From positions 55,117 to 119,116 of the forward strand of contig CAKOLB010000004.1 of NCBI GenBank assembly GCA_934096125.1: 64,000 nt of DNA, in the 5' to 3' direction. Positions 20,799-30,405 of the stretch are shown one piece after another (the first letter of the stretch is position 1; every line of letters begins with the position of its first letter). Position numbers and translations under genes: made by a program. The DNA is from an uncultured Bacilli bacterium. Lineage in GTDB: Bacteria; Bacillota_I; Bacilli_A; RF39; UBA660. The notes beneath the pieces were generated by a model. It did no database searches and was not told where the DNA came from. It saw only the letters and a program-made list of their open reading frames with translations.

Positions 20799-21514
20799 GA
20801 TACTTAATTCGTTTTAGATATGATGGTACTTGCTTTCATGGTTTTCAAAGGCAAAAAGAGTTAAAAAGTGTGCAGGGAACGCTGGAAAATGCTCTATCAA
20901 AAATGCTTGATTGTCAGATAGTTATTAAAGGTAGTGGCAGGACGGATGCAGGAGTTCATGCTTTAGCACAGTGTGCTCATTTTGATTATGATGGAAGTCT
21001 TGGCAAGAAAGATTTAGAAATAATTAATGATTATTTAGGAGGAGAAATCTATATTGATAAAATAGAGAAAAAGTCTAGTGATTTTCATGCTCGGCATAGT
21101 GTTTTAAAGAAGGTTTATGAATATCGGGTTAATTTTGGCCCTTTTAAAGATGAGTATAAAGGATACTATTATCAGTATAAGGGGAAGTTTGATATTAAAG
21201 AGATGAAAAGAGGGGCAAAGTTAATGGAAGGTAAACATGATTTTCGCCAGTTTGTAAGTGGACCACGGAATGATTATACTTCCTACATTTACAAAATAAC
21301 AATAAAAGTAAAGAAGAATATACTTATATTTAAGTTCGTTGGAGCAGGGTTTTATAGATATATGGTAAGGCATTTGGTTGGAGCTTTAATGGATATTGGG
21401 AAAGGAAAATTAAAGGCTGAAGATGTTAAAGCTATGCTGGAGTGTCAAGATATGTCTAAAAATCATAGTATTGTGGTGGCAGATGGCCTTTATTTAGTGA
21501 AAGTTTATTATTAA
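20795..21514 (+). CDS. truA: tRNA pseudouridine(38-40) synthase TruA
   Basis: Catalytic-Asp motif GSGRTDAGVHA. 239 aa. Confidence 0.9.
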   Translation: MRYLIRFRYDGTCFHGFQRQKELKSVQGTLENALSKMLDCQIVIKGSGRTDAGVHALAQCAHFDYDGSLGKKDLEIINDYLGGEIYIDKIEKKSSDFHARHSVLKKVYEYRVNFGPFKDEYKGYYYQYKGKFDIKEMKRGAKLMEGKHDFRQFVSGPRNDYTSYIYKITIKVKKNILIFKFVGAGFYRYMVRHLVGALMDIGKGKLKAEDVKAMLECQDMSKNHSIVVADGLYLVKVYY

Positions 21515-21530
21515 TAATCGTGAAAACTTG

Positions 21531-21559
21531 TTGACTTTTTGTAGGTTTTCCCATATAAT
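21531..21559 (+). promoter_or_regulatory. Consensus sigma-A promoter for the rplM-rpsI operon
   Basis: TTGACT (21531-21536), a 17-bp spacer, then TATAAT (21554-21559). Confidence 0.6.
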
Positions 21560-21639
21560 TTTAATCGGTACATTTAATTTGTGATTTTTATTTAGCCGTG
21601 GGAAAGCTTGATAAAAAACATAAATGGAAGGAAATTATT

Positions 21640-22071
21640 ATGAAAACATTTATGCAAAGAAAAGAAGATATCGAAAGAAATTGGTATGTAATTGATGCTG
21701 AAGGTCAAACTCTTGGACGCATTGCAACTAAGGCTGCCCATGTACTTCGTGGAAAGCATAAAGTTACATATACTCCTCATGTTGACTGTGGCGATTATGT
21801 TATTATTATTAATGCAGAAAAAGTTGCTTTAACTGGTAACAAACTAAATGATAAGATGTATTATAATCATAGTGGTTATCCAGGAGGACTTAGAGAAAGA
21901 ACTGCAAAAGAAATGATTGAAAAATATCCAGAAGAAATGGTTGAAAGAGCTGTTAAAGGAATGCTTCCTCACAATAGACTTGGAAGAGCTATGGGTAAGA
22001 AGTTATTTGTTTATCGTGGTACTGATCATAAGCATCAAGCTCAAAAACCACAAGCTTTGGAAGTTAAATAG
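21640..22071 (+). CDS. rplM: 50S ribosomal protein L13; start at ATG 21640 (RBS GGAAGGAAA), not GTG 21598
   Basis: [27 protein letters not shown] matches the L13 N-terminus. Confidence 0.95.
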   Translation: MKTFMQRKEDIERNWYVIDAEGQTLGRIATKAAHVLRGKHKVTYTPHVDCGDYVIIINAEKVALTGNKLNDKMYYNHSGYPGGLRERTAKEMIEKYPEEMVERAVKGMLPHNRLGRAMGKKLFVYRGTDHKHQAQKPQALEVK

Positions 22072-22079
22072 GAGGATAT

Positions 22080-22499
22080 ATGACTAAGAAACAAGAATGG
22101 ACTGCAACAGGTAGAAGAAAAAGAAGTGTTGCGCAAGTAAAACTTGTTGGTGGAACAGGTAATATTACTGTTAATGGTGTTGATGTTAATGAGTATATGC
22201 CATATGCTACACTTGTAAAAGATTTAAAACAACCACTTACTGTTACTGATAATGAAAATCGTTTTGATATTACAGTTACTGTTAAAGGTGGAGGTTTTTC
22301 TGGTCAAACTGGTGCTATTAGATTAGCTATTACTAGAGCATTACTTAAATTTGATGCTAATACTGACCAAACTAGGGAAGATAGTTATAGACATGTTTTA
22401 AAAATTAATGGATTTACAACAAGAGATCCAAGAATTAAAGAAAGAAAGAAATATGGTCTTAAAAAAGCACGTCGTGCACCACAATTCTCTAAGAGATAA
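22080..22499 (+). CDS. rpsI: 30S ribosomal protein S9
   Basis: C-terminal [14 protein letters not shown] matches the S9 signature. Confidence 0.95.
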   Translation: MTKKQEWTATGRRKRSVAQVKLVGGTGNITVNGVDVNEYMPYATLVKDLKQPLTVTDNENRFDITVTVKGGGFSGQTGAIRLAITRALLKFDANTDQTREDSYRHVLKINGFTTRDPRIKERKKYGLKKARRAPQFSKR

Positions 22500-22516
22500 T
22501 ATCAATTTTCTTTGGA

Positions 22517-22546
22517 AAGGCTACCCTTTTGGGTGGTTTTTTTGTT
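22517..22546 (+). terminator. Rho-independent terminator after rpsI
   Basis: Stem aaggctaccc / gggtggtttt (with G-U wobbles) followed by a T-run. Confidence 0.55.
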
Positions 22547-22786
22547 TAGCTTCATTTTCTACATATGCTTACTTTATTGCTCAAAGTGATACTGCGTCGA
22601 ATAGTAGTGTGCGAGTACAAACATCCCCAACTGATAACTTATCTTTTAGTATGGGGTCTTCCATTAACTTAACGGCAGACCAATCATCATTTGCAAGTGG
22701 TAAAGGTAATGTGACAGGAAGTACAACTGCAAAATTTAACTCGTATTAAGGAGTTATGTGAAAAAAATGAGGACATAGACCCAGCA

Positions 22787-23065
22787 GTGCGGATGGCTCG
22801 TCTTGATGCTTTGAATAAGTGTCTCTCTTTATCAGATGCTTTGGATACAAAAGATGTTTGTGAACTTGATAAAAAACGTGATGGGGTTATGATAAGTGGA
22901 TATGAAGATGGTCTTAGTCCGGTGGAAAAGCTATATCAAGAAATTGTTAGTTTGCATCTTTATACTTCTCAAGAGAGGTTTTTACGAAATCTTTTGAAAG
23001 AAAGCAGAGATATGCCTGATAGTACAAAAAGATATTATGGTTTGCCGCTTTCTAGAACACGCTAG
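22787..23065 (+). CDS. Hypothetical small protein
   Basis: 92-aa ORF followed by a palindromic terminator. No motifs recognised. Confidence 0.3.
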   Translation: MRMARLDALNKCLSLSDALDTKDVCELDKKRDGVMISGYEDGLSPVEKLYQEIVSLHLYTSQERFLRNLLKESRDMPDSTKRYYGLPLSRTR

Positions 23066-23085
23066 AGAATTCTCTAGTTTTTTTA
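23062..23085 (+). terminator. Rho-independent terminator
   Basis: Perfect palindrome ctagagaattctctag followed by TTTTTTT. Confidence 0.6.
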
Positions 23086-23155
23086 TGTCAACGTGATCTT
23101 AATTTTCTTGTAAAACATTATTATAAATAGTACAATTAATTTGTGAGGTATAGAT

Positions 23156-24019
23156 ATGAGGCTAAGTGAAAAATGGCAAGATTATGAATGTATAGATGCT
23201 GGTAATGGAGAAAAGTTAGAACGATTTGGAGATGTTGTGCTTGTAAGACCGGAACCACAAGCGATGTGGCCAAGGCAAATAAATGATAGTTGGAAAAAAA
23301 TTGATGGGATTTATCATCGAAGTAAAGATGGGGGAGGAAGCTGGGAGTTTTATAAAAAGTTGCCAGATTTTTGGACAGTTTCTTATGGCGATTTAGTGTT
23401 TAAAGTAACGCCGACGAATTTTAAGCACACTGGTCTTTTCCCTGAACAAGCCACTAACTGGGATTTTATGATGGATAAAATAAAAAATGCCGGCCGAGAT
23501 ATAAAAGTTTTGAACTTGTTTGGATATACAGGGGCAGCGACAGTTGCTTGTAGTAAAGCTGGGGCTAAAGAGGTAGTGCATGTAGATGCGTCTAAAGGAA
23601 TTGTTGGATGGGCTAAAGAAAATGCTAAATTATCTGGTGTTAGCAACAACTACATTAGATATTTAGTAGATGATTGTTTGAAGTTTGTTGAAAGAGAGAT
23701 TAGAAGAGGTAATAAGTATGATGCAATAGTTATGGACCCTCCAAGCTATGGACGAGGACCCTCTGGGGAAATGTGGAAACTTGAAAAAAATTTAGAAAAA
23801 CTCATTACTAGGTGCTCTATGTTACTTTCTGATAAACCATTATTCTTTTTAATAAATGCTTATACTACAGGTTTATCTAGTACAGTTTTATATAATATAT
23901 TAAAACTTACGATCGAAAAGAAATATAATGGAAAGGTTGATGCTGGAGAAATAGGTCTTCCAATTACTAATAATAAACTTGTTCTTCCTTGTGGTATTTA
24001 CGGTAGATGGCAGGCATGA
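23156..24019 (+). CDS. Class I SAM-dependent RNA methyltransferase (RlmI/YwbD-like)
   Basis: Rossmann-fold motifs VLNLFGYTGAATVACS and DPPSYGRG (motif IV D/N-PP-Y/F family). Confidence 0.7.
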   Translation: MRLSEKWQDYECIDAGNGEKLERFGDVVLVRPEPQAMWPRQINDSWKKIDGIYHRSKDGGGSWEFYKKLPDFWTVSYGDLVFKVTPTNFKHTGLFPEQATNWDFMMDKIKNAGRDIKVLNLFGYTGAATVACSKAGAKEVVHVDASKGIVGWAKENAKLSGVSNNYIRYLVDDCLKFVEREIRRGNKYDAIVMDPPSYGRGPSGEMWKLEKNLEKLITRCSMLLSDKPLFFLINAYTTGLSSTVLYNILKLTIEKKYNGKVDAGEIGLPITNNKLVLPCGIYGRWQA

Positions 24020-24729
24020 GAAGTAATAGAGATATTTTTATAAGTTATGTAAATAGTTTTAAGTTTAAGGGAAAAGAAAGTAATCGAAAACTTAATCACT
24101 CGGTTAGAGTAAGCATGCTTTGTAAAGGAATTGCTAAAAGTCTTAACTTAAGTGAAAAAGAAATAGAACTTGCCGAGTTAATTGGACTTGTTCATGATAT
24201 TGGGAGATTTTGGCAATGGGAAAAATATCAGACGTTTGATGATAGTAAAAGTATTGATCATGCGTTGCTGGGAATAGAAGTCTTATTTGAAAATAAAGTG
24301 ATTGAAGATTTTAATGTTGATATCAAAGACTTTCAAACTATTAAAGATGCTGTCTTTTATCATAATAAATATAAAGTAGATAATGCACTTAATCTTGAGA
24401 GTTTAATTATGGTAAAAATAATAAGGGATGCTGATAAAGCGGACATACTTTGTATGGTTGCTAATGATATACTTCCTTTAGAGGAAGATGGACAAAAGTT
24501 AAGTGAGCAAGTAGTACGTAGTTTTTTGAATAAGACTAGTGTAAAAATACTAGATGTACATAACTTGAGTGATAAGATACTTTTTCAACTGGCCTTTATA
24601 TTTGATTTAAATTTTGAGTATACAAAAAAATTTGTAAAAAAAGAAAGATGTTTAGATGTAATATATGAAAAATTAGAGAAAAAAGAGGTTATTAAGCCTT
24701 ACTTTGAATTTGGAAAAAGATATTTGTAA
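24007..24729 (+). CDS. HD-domain phosphohydrolase
   Basis: The H...HD motif (LVHDIGR) is present. Confidence 0.55.
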   Translation: MAGMRSNRDIFISYVNSFKFKGKESNRKLNHSVRVSMLCKGIAKSLNLSEKEIELAELIGLVHDIGRFWQWEKYQTFDDSKSIDHALLGIEVLFENKVIEDFNVDIKDFQTIKDAVFYHNKYKVDNALNLESLIMVKIIRDADKADILCMVANDILPLEEDGQKLSEQVVRSFLNKTSVKILDVHNLSDKILFQLAFIFDLNFEYTKKFVKKERCLDVIYEKLEKKEVIKPYFEFGKRYL

Positions 24730-24786
24730 GTTATGTCTTTTTTTTTGAAAAGTTATGTTATATAATAGGTTTGCTAAAAAAAGTGG

Positions 24787-25620
24787 GTGAAGTATATGGA
24801 AGAAAGATATAAAGAGATAGAAAGAAGTATTATAAAGAAGTATCGAAAAGAGTTATGGAGTAAATTTATGCATGGGGTTTCTTTATATAACCTAATTGAA
24901 GAAGGGGATAGAGTAATGGTGTGTGTGTCTGGTGGTAAAGACTCTTTTTTGCTTGCAAAATGTATTGAAGAATTACAAAAACATGGGAATGTTCATTTTG
25001 ATGCCTATTTTGTTATGATGGATCCTGGCTATAGTGAAGAGACACTTGAAGCAATTTGGAAGAATGCTGAGGTTTTAAATGTTGATTTGCAAAGTTTTAA
25101 GTCTGATATTTTTGAAGTTACAAATGAGCTGGCAGAGAAAAGTCCTTGTTATTTATGTGCGAGAATGAGAAGAGGGCATTTATATAATAAGGCTAAGGAG
25201 CTTGGGTGTAATAAAATAGCTTTAGGTCATCACTTCGATGATGTTATTGAGACAACTCTTTTATCAATGTTTTATGGAGCGGAGCTAAAAACAATGCTTC
25301 CGAAACTACATAGTGATAATTTTGAGCATATAGATTTAATTAGACCTCTTTATTTTGTTAAAGAAGAAAATATTATAAAATGGAGAGAATATAATAATCT
25401 AAAGTTTATTAATTGTGCTTGTAAGTTTACTTTGGAAAATAATGTACCTAATAAAGGAACAAGTAAAAGAAAAGAGATAAAGGAAATAATAAAAAGTCTT
25501 AAAAAAATAAATAAAGATATTGATTATAATATATTTAAGTCTTTAGATAATATAAATTTAAATTGTGTTCTAGGTTATAAAAAGGATGGCGATTATAAAT
25601 CATTTTTAGACAATTTTTAG
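24787..25620 (+). CDS. ttcA: PP-loop ATPase of the TtcA / tRNA 2-thiocytidine biosynthesis family
   Basis: PP-loop SGGKDS (VCVSGGKDSF) and a CxxC pair (SPCYLCARMRR). Confidence 0.75.
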   Translation: MKYMEERYKEIERSIIKKYRKELWSKFMHGVSLYNLIEEGDRVMVCVSGGKDSFLLAKCIEELQKHGNVHFDAYFVMMDPGYSEETLEAIWKNAEVLNVDLQSFKSDIFEVTNELAEKSPCYLCARMRRGHLYNKAKELGCNKIALGHHFDDVIETTLLSMFYGAELKTMLPKLHSDNFEHIDLIRPLYFVKEENIIKWREYNNLKFINCACKFTLENNVPNKGTSKRKEIKEIIKSLKKINKDIDYNIFKSLDNINLNCVLGYKKDGDYKSFLDNF

Positions 25621-25628
25621 GGGGATAT

Positions 25629-27080
25629 ATGGATAGTGAAAAGTTACCAAAGGATATTTGGGAGAAAATAAATTATAAACATTTGCGAAAAATAGAAGAA
25701 AGCTTGCAGCCTCTTGTAGGGAATATGGCAAGGATTTATGCAGTGCATTTTCTTTTGTTAATTGGTTATGAAAGAGCATGGGATTTTGTAAATAATAAAT
25801 ATGGTACTTTAAATAAAGAAAATGTCCAAAAAATATTTAATGTGGATGAAGATATAAGTTATGTAAAGTTTACTTTGGATAAGAAAAGATATGTGCCAGT
25901 TTTAAATGAAAGGTTAGTGGAAAAGCTTTTTGGAAAAAGTTATAAAGATGAAACTTCATTAATTAAAGAGTATATAAATGGATTTGAAAAACAAATGACA
26001 AGTCAAAAACAACATAAGAAGAATGCAGAAGAGTTTATTGATAATTTTTATTATATACATAAGAATTTCGATAAGATAGTAGAACTTCATTATGAAAAAC
26101 AAGCTCTTTTTCAAAAAAAAATAAGATTAAATATTGAGGAGATTAATAAACTTTGTAAAGTATGTCGAGAAAATAGACCTTATAATAAATATTCTTTTTT
26201 GGAAAGTTATGCAAGGTTTATGGATAATGGTGATTTGGTTTTGGCTAGGACTAGCGAGTTAAAAAAGTTTATGGATTTGCAAAAGTTTAAAAAGATACCT
26301 AATACATTTGTGTATAATGATGGTTATTTCATGCATATGATGGGGCCACATGATGAGAGAATATTTGCTTCTGGTTATAAAACTCATAGTTGTTTTGCCC
26401 CAATGCATAATGCTGATAATAAAGGAAAGGATAATGGGCTTCTTTCGTATTCAATAAAGAGTATGTATGGTGGAGTGCTTGAACTAATTAATAATCAAGG
26501 TAAAGTTTTGATGATTGGCCCTATTTTAAGAAATGGTAATGTTTTGATGATACATTCAATTGAGAGTATTAATTTGACTATAGAGGAAAAAACAGTGCTA
26601 GAAAAGATGCTTCATAAGTGGAGTGAAAGAGTAATTATGGAAAGTAAGTTTAATCATGATGATATAGATTATGTGTTAATTACTGATTTACATCCAATGA
26701 TAGATTTTGATTCACTTTCAAAAAGCCCATATAAATTTGAAGTTTATGATCCTTTTGAAGAATATGAGGGAATGTATACCAATTTTGATAAGACAGAGCA
26801 TTACGTTTTAAAGGCAAATCAAAATAAGGACATGAAGTTTGGGAGTATGGTTTCAGCTTTGTATACTTATGATGATTATAATTTATTATGCGGAGTTTTT
26901 TTGCCTTTGAACATTATAAAAATAAAGGATATGAAAAAGCTAAAAGAAGTGCTTTTAAAAAGGAGTTTGGAAGATAATATTAATTACTTTCAAGTTTATA
27001 ATGATTTGGTGGGTACTGGGTTTGACAAAGTGTATTATGATAATTTTGGAAATGTTTTAAAAAGAGAAAAAAAATTGTAA
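25629..27080 (+). CDS. Hypothetical 483-aa protein
   Basis: Long ORF with coding-like composition. No recognisable motif. Confidence 0.4.
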   Translation: MDSEKLPKDIWEKINYKHLRKIEESLQPLVGNMARIYAVHFLLLIGYERAWDFVNNKYGTLNKENVQKIFNVDEDISYVKFTLDKKRYVPVLNERLVEKLFGKSYKDETSLIKEYINGFEKQMTSQKQHKKNAEEFIDNFYYIHKNFDKIVELHYEKQALFQKKIRLNIEEINKLCKVCRENRPYNKYSFLESYARFMDNGDLVLARTSELKKFMDLQKFKKIPNTFVYNDGYFMHMMGPHDERIFASGYKTHSCFAPMHNADNKGKDNGLLSYSIKSMYGGVLELINNQGKVLMIGPILRNGNVLMIHSIESINLTIEEKTVLEKMLHKWSERVIMESKFNHDDIDYVLITDLHPMIDFDSLSKSPYKFEVYDPFEEYEGMYTNFDKTEHYVLKANQNKDMKFGSMVSALYTYDDYNLLCGVFLPLNIIKIKDMKKLKEVLLKRSLEDNINYFQVYNDLVGTGFDKVYYDNFGNVLKREKKL

Positions 27081-27156
27081 TGAATAATATAAATGAAAAA
27101 GTAATTGATTTAAAAAGTTATGGAAATAAAAGAAGTAATTATTAATAATATTTAAT

Positions 27157-27807
27157 ATGAATAGATATTATTGGTTTGTAATTACTCTTTTTTTGCTAGT
27201 TTTAGTATTTTTTAGTGGCAAATCTGCTCATGCTAGTTTACCTCTTTTGGGAAGAACTATTGTGGTTGATGCAGGACATGGCGGGTTAGACCCTGGAGCT
27301 ATTTATAATGATATTTATGAGAAAGACATTACTTTAAAAATTGGAAAGTATTTAGAAGAGTATTTGACTAAAATGGGGGCAACAGTTGTGATGACAAGAA
27401 CTGATAATAATGATTTAAGTAATGGAACACAAAACAAACGAAAGAAAAAAGATTTTGATGAAAGAATTAAAATAATTAATGATAAAAAAATAGATATGTA
27501 TGTATCAGTTCATTTAAACTTTTTAAAAAATTCTAGATACTATGGTCCTCAAGTGTTTTATAATTATGATAACAAAGATTTGGCTGATTTCATTCAGAAA
27601 TATTTAAATAAACAACTTAAAGGGAAAAGAAATGTTAAAAGTATTCCAAGTAATACATATATGTATAAGAGATTAAAAAGGCCAGGATTTTTGATAGAAT
27701 GTGGGTTTTTATCAAACGCTGAAGAAAGAAATAAACTTACAAATAAAAGTTATCAACAAAAGTTTGCTCAGAGTTTAGCTGAAGCGATAAGTCATTATTA
27801 TAATTAA
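27157..27807 (+). CDS. cwlD: Germination-specific N-acetylmuramoyl-L-alanine amidase CwlD-like
   Basis: Signal peptide followed by the Amidase_3 motif VVDAGHGGLDPGA, and ...SVHLN. ~216 aa. Confidence 0.75.
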   Translation: MNRYYWFVITLFLLVLVFFSGKSAHASLPLLGRTIVVDAGHGGLDPGAIYNDIYEKDITLKIGKYLEEYLTKMGATVVMTRTDNNDLSNGTQNKRKKKDFDERIKIINDKKIDMYVSVHLNFLKNSRYYGPQVFYNYDNKDLADFIQKYLNKQLKGKRNVKSIPSNTYMYKRLKRPGFLIECGFLSNAEERNKLTNKSYQQKFAQSLAEAISHYYN

Positions 27808-27971
27808 TTGTTATTAACTGTGGCTTTTTTTGTTTTAGTATGTTATGATAAAGTAAAGTAGAGTTAGTAAATGGTAGTTGTGTTATTCTTTAGTTGGTCA
27901 ATTATTTTTATAATTCTATTTGTTTTTGAATAATCAGAATAAATGATTGATGAGAAAGGAAGTTGTAGTTT

Positions 27972-28844
27972 ATGAATTGTTCAAATTGTGGTTATTATAA
28001 TAATACTGAGTCAAAATTTTGTGTTAAGTGTGGTCAAAGTTTGGCTTTAAGTGTTGATGTGAATTCATTAGGAGCGGCATCAAATGTGCAAATGCCTATT
28101 AACAACGTTGGTGTTGTGGAGAAACAAGTTAACATCCAACCTCAAAGCCCTGAAGTTTTAAGTGTTTCAAATAATAGTAAAGTTGAAATAATGGATTTAT
28201 TTAAATTAGTATTTAGTTTTATTACTAAGCCGTTTACAGCAACTCAAGAAAAAATGGGTATGATTTCTGAGATTAAAAATTCAGTTTTAATAACAGTAAT
28301 TGTTTCACTTATTGCAACACTTATTAATTTAGTGAAATCAATGATTTCTGCGGTAGTGGTTAAAGATTTTGACTGGTATGCTGGAACTTATAAGACAACT
28401 GTTCAAATGGCTAATTTAGGTAAATTAAATTATTTACAATTAATCGGAAAAACTTTAATTATCATAATAGCTTCGATTGCTTTTATTGCAGCGGTTTATT
28501 ATATTGTAAGCTTGATTATAAAAAAGCAACCTTCTTTTGCTAAAATACTGGGAATATCAGCTCTTTGTGTTACTCCAGTTTTAGGAGCGGTATTGTTATT
28601 TGCACCTATATTGTCTCTTATATGGTCTTTATTGTATATGCCAGTAGTTATTATAGGTTTTGTTTATACTTTTATTCTTATGTATGAAGGCATTAATAAT
28701 GAAATAGCACTAGATGGTAATGTTAAATATTATTTTAATTTAATATGTTTATCGATTATTCTTATAGCACTATACTATTTATATACTAAGATGTTTGTCG
28801 GTTCTATTACGGGAATAAGTGACGTAATGAATTTACTAGGGTAA
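27972..28844 (+). CDS. Zinc-ribbon + Yip1-like polytopic membrane protein
   Basis: N-terminal CxxC...CxxC (CSNCGYY...CVKCG) followed by about five TM helices. Confidence 0.5.
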   Translation: MNCSNCGYYNNTESKFCVKCGQSLALSVDVNSLGAASNVQMPINNVGVVEKQVNIQPQSPEVLSVSNNSKVEIMDLFKLVFSFITKPFTATQEKMGMISEIKNSVLITVIVSLIATLINLVKSMISAVVVKDFDWYAGTYKTTVQMANLGKLNYLQLIGKTLIIIIASIAFIAAVYYIVSLIIKKQPSFAKILGISALCVTPVLGAVLLFAPILSLIWSLLYMPVVIIGFVYTFILMYEGINNEIALDGNVKYYFNLICLSIILIALYYLYTKMFVGSITGISDVMNLLG

Positions 28845-28852
28845 TTTTAGTT

Positions 28853-30388
28853 ATGAATAATAATTATAATTTTGACCCTATGACAGGTGCACCAATTCAA
28901 CAGAGTGTTAATGACTTACAAAAAAAGAAAAAAAATAATATTTTTAAATTTGTTGTGGCTGGTATAGTTTTATGTGTAGTTGTTGGTCTATTATTTTTAT
29001 TTTTAAATAAAAATGATAAAAATGTGAATTCTTTAACTGTGGATTATGATTTAATTTTTGATGTGAGTAAACCAATTCCGGTAAAAAATGGAGATAAATA
29101 TGGATATATTGATACTGATGGAAAAATTTTATTAGATTTTAACTATAAAGCAGCGGATACTTTTTATGGTGATTATGCGGTTGTAGGTGTTGATAATCCT
29201 GATAAAACTGCTTATTATGATACTGTTTATGAGGTTATTGATAGAAATGGAAATGTGAAAATGACCTCTGATAGTTATGTTGCTCCAAAGTATTATGAAG
29301 ATGCTGGTGTATGGGTTATTAATAACACTATGTATGACTCTAAACTTAATAAGCTTTTAGATGATGGGGTAGACGTTAAATATTTGGCATATGATTATTT
29401 TCAATTTATAAATAGAGAAAAAAAAGAATCTGGAATCATTAAATCAAATGGGAAGAAAGTCTATACTATAAATGAAAGTTATATTTCTTCAAGTATATCA
29501 GAAAATGAATATAATCAAGATGATTTATATGCTGAGATTCGTACCTCTGGAGATAATGGTAAGGAAATGGTTATATCCTTAAAAACAAATGATGTTTTAT
29601 TTACTTTAGATGATGCTGATAAATACTATTTGAATGCTGAAAAAGATGGTATTTTTACTTATTATAATCATGAACAAGATGATGGTTATGAAAATAAAAA
29701 GTATTTAGTATTCATGAATAATAAATTAGTTTATCAAACTACTGAAAAGGTATCTGATGTAAAATTCTTAGATTATAAAAATCAAATCTTAAAAATAAGT
29801 TATGGTTATGATTATAGAGAGTTAGGAAAAGAGTATTTATTTGATTATTACGATATTAAAAGTGGGTCTATGTTAAGTTCAGAACCTGATAATTCGAGTT
29901 CGGATTCTGATTTAGAAAAAGAGAAAAGAGAAAAAGACTATGGATATAAAGAATTCATGTGCTCAGGAAAGGTTGGTTTAAAGAAAGATAATAAAGAAGT
30001 AGTATCTTGTGATTATTATGAAATTGATTATTTAAACTTGAATATGTTTAATTATATGAAATCAAAAGGACAAGAGTTAGTTGTGTTAGAAAAATATGAT
30101 GAAACGATATTATATGATGTTAAAAATTCAAAAACAATAGAATCGTTTGATTCTTTAACTTATGTTACTCCTACGGGGAATACTACTTTTATTGATTTAT
30201 CTAAATATGATGATAATTTTACAAAGACTGGAGTTCATGTTTATAACTTAATAACTAATAAATCTATGGATTATTCTGGAGATGTTAATGTTAGTTTAAA
30301 AGTTAATTATATAATAGTAGATGATGGAACTAAGCAAACATATTATAATATGGATTTTAAAGAAATATATAGTGTAGAAAAAGTGTAG
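28853..30388 (+). CDS. Membrane-anchored WG-repeat (KWG-like) protein
   Basis: N-terminal TM, then repeats of the form GDKYGYIDTDGKILLDFNYKAADTFYGDYAVV. Confidence 0.45.
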   Translation: MNNNYNFDPMTGAPIQQSVNDLQKKKKNNIFKFVVAGIVLCVVVGLLFLFLNKNDKNVNSLTVDYDLIFDVSKPIPVKNGDKYGYIDTDGKILLDFNYKAADTFYGDYAVVGVDNPDKTAYYDTVYEVIDRNGNVKMTSDSYVAPKYYEDAGVWVINNTMYDSKLNKLLDDGVDVKYLAYDYFQFINREKKESGIIKSNGKKVYTINESYISSSISENEYNQDDLYAEIRTSGDNGKEMVISLKTNDVLFTLDDADKYYLNAEKDGIFTYYNHEQDDGYENKKYLVFMNNKLVYQTTEKVSDVKFLDYKNQILKISYGYDYRELGKEYLFDYYDIKSGSMLSSEPDNSSSDSDLEKEKREKDYGYKEFMCSGKVGLKKDNKEVVSCDYYEIDYLNLNMFNYMKSKGQELVVLEKYDETILYDVKNSKTIESFDSLTYVTPTGNTTFIDLSKYDDNFTKTGVHVYNLITNKSMDYSGDVNVSLKVNYIIVDDGTKQTYYNMDFKEIYSVEKV

Positions 30389-30405
30389 TGAAAGAGGGAA
30401 GTTAT

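Noticed and set aside
22408-22749. 113-aa ORF overlapping the 3' end of rpsI and running through its terminator
   Set aside because: It begins inside rpsI in another frame and spans the terminator hairpin. The Ser/Thr-rich low-complexity translation is unlikely to be real, although a small RNA in 22550-22780 cannot be excluded.
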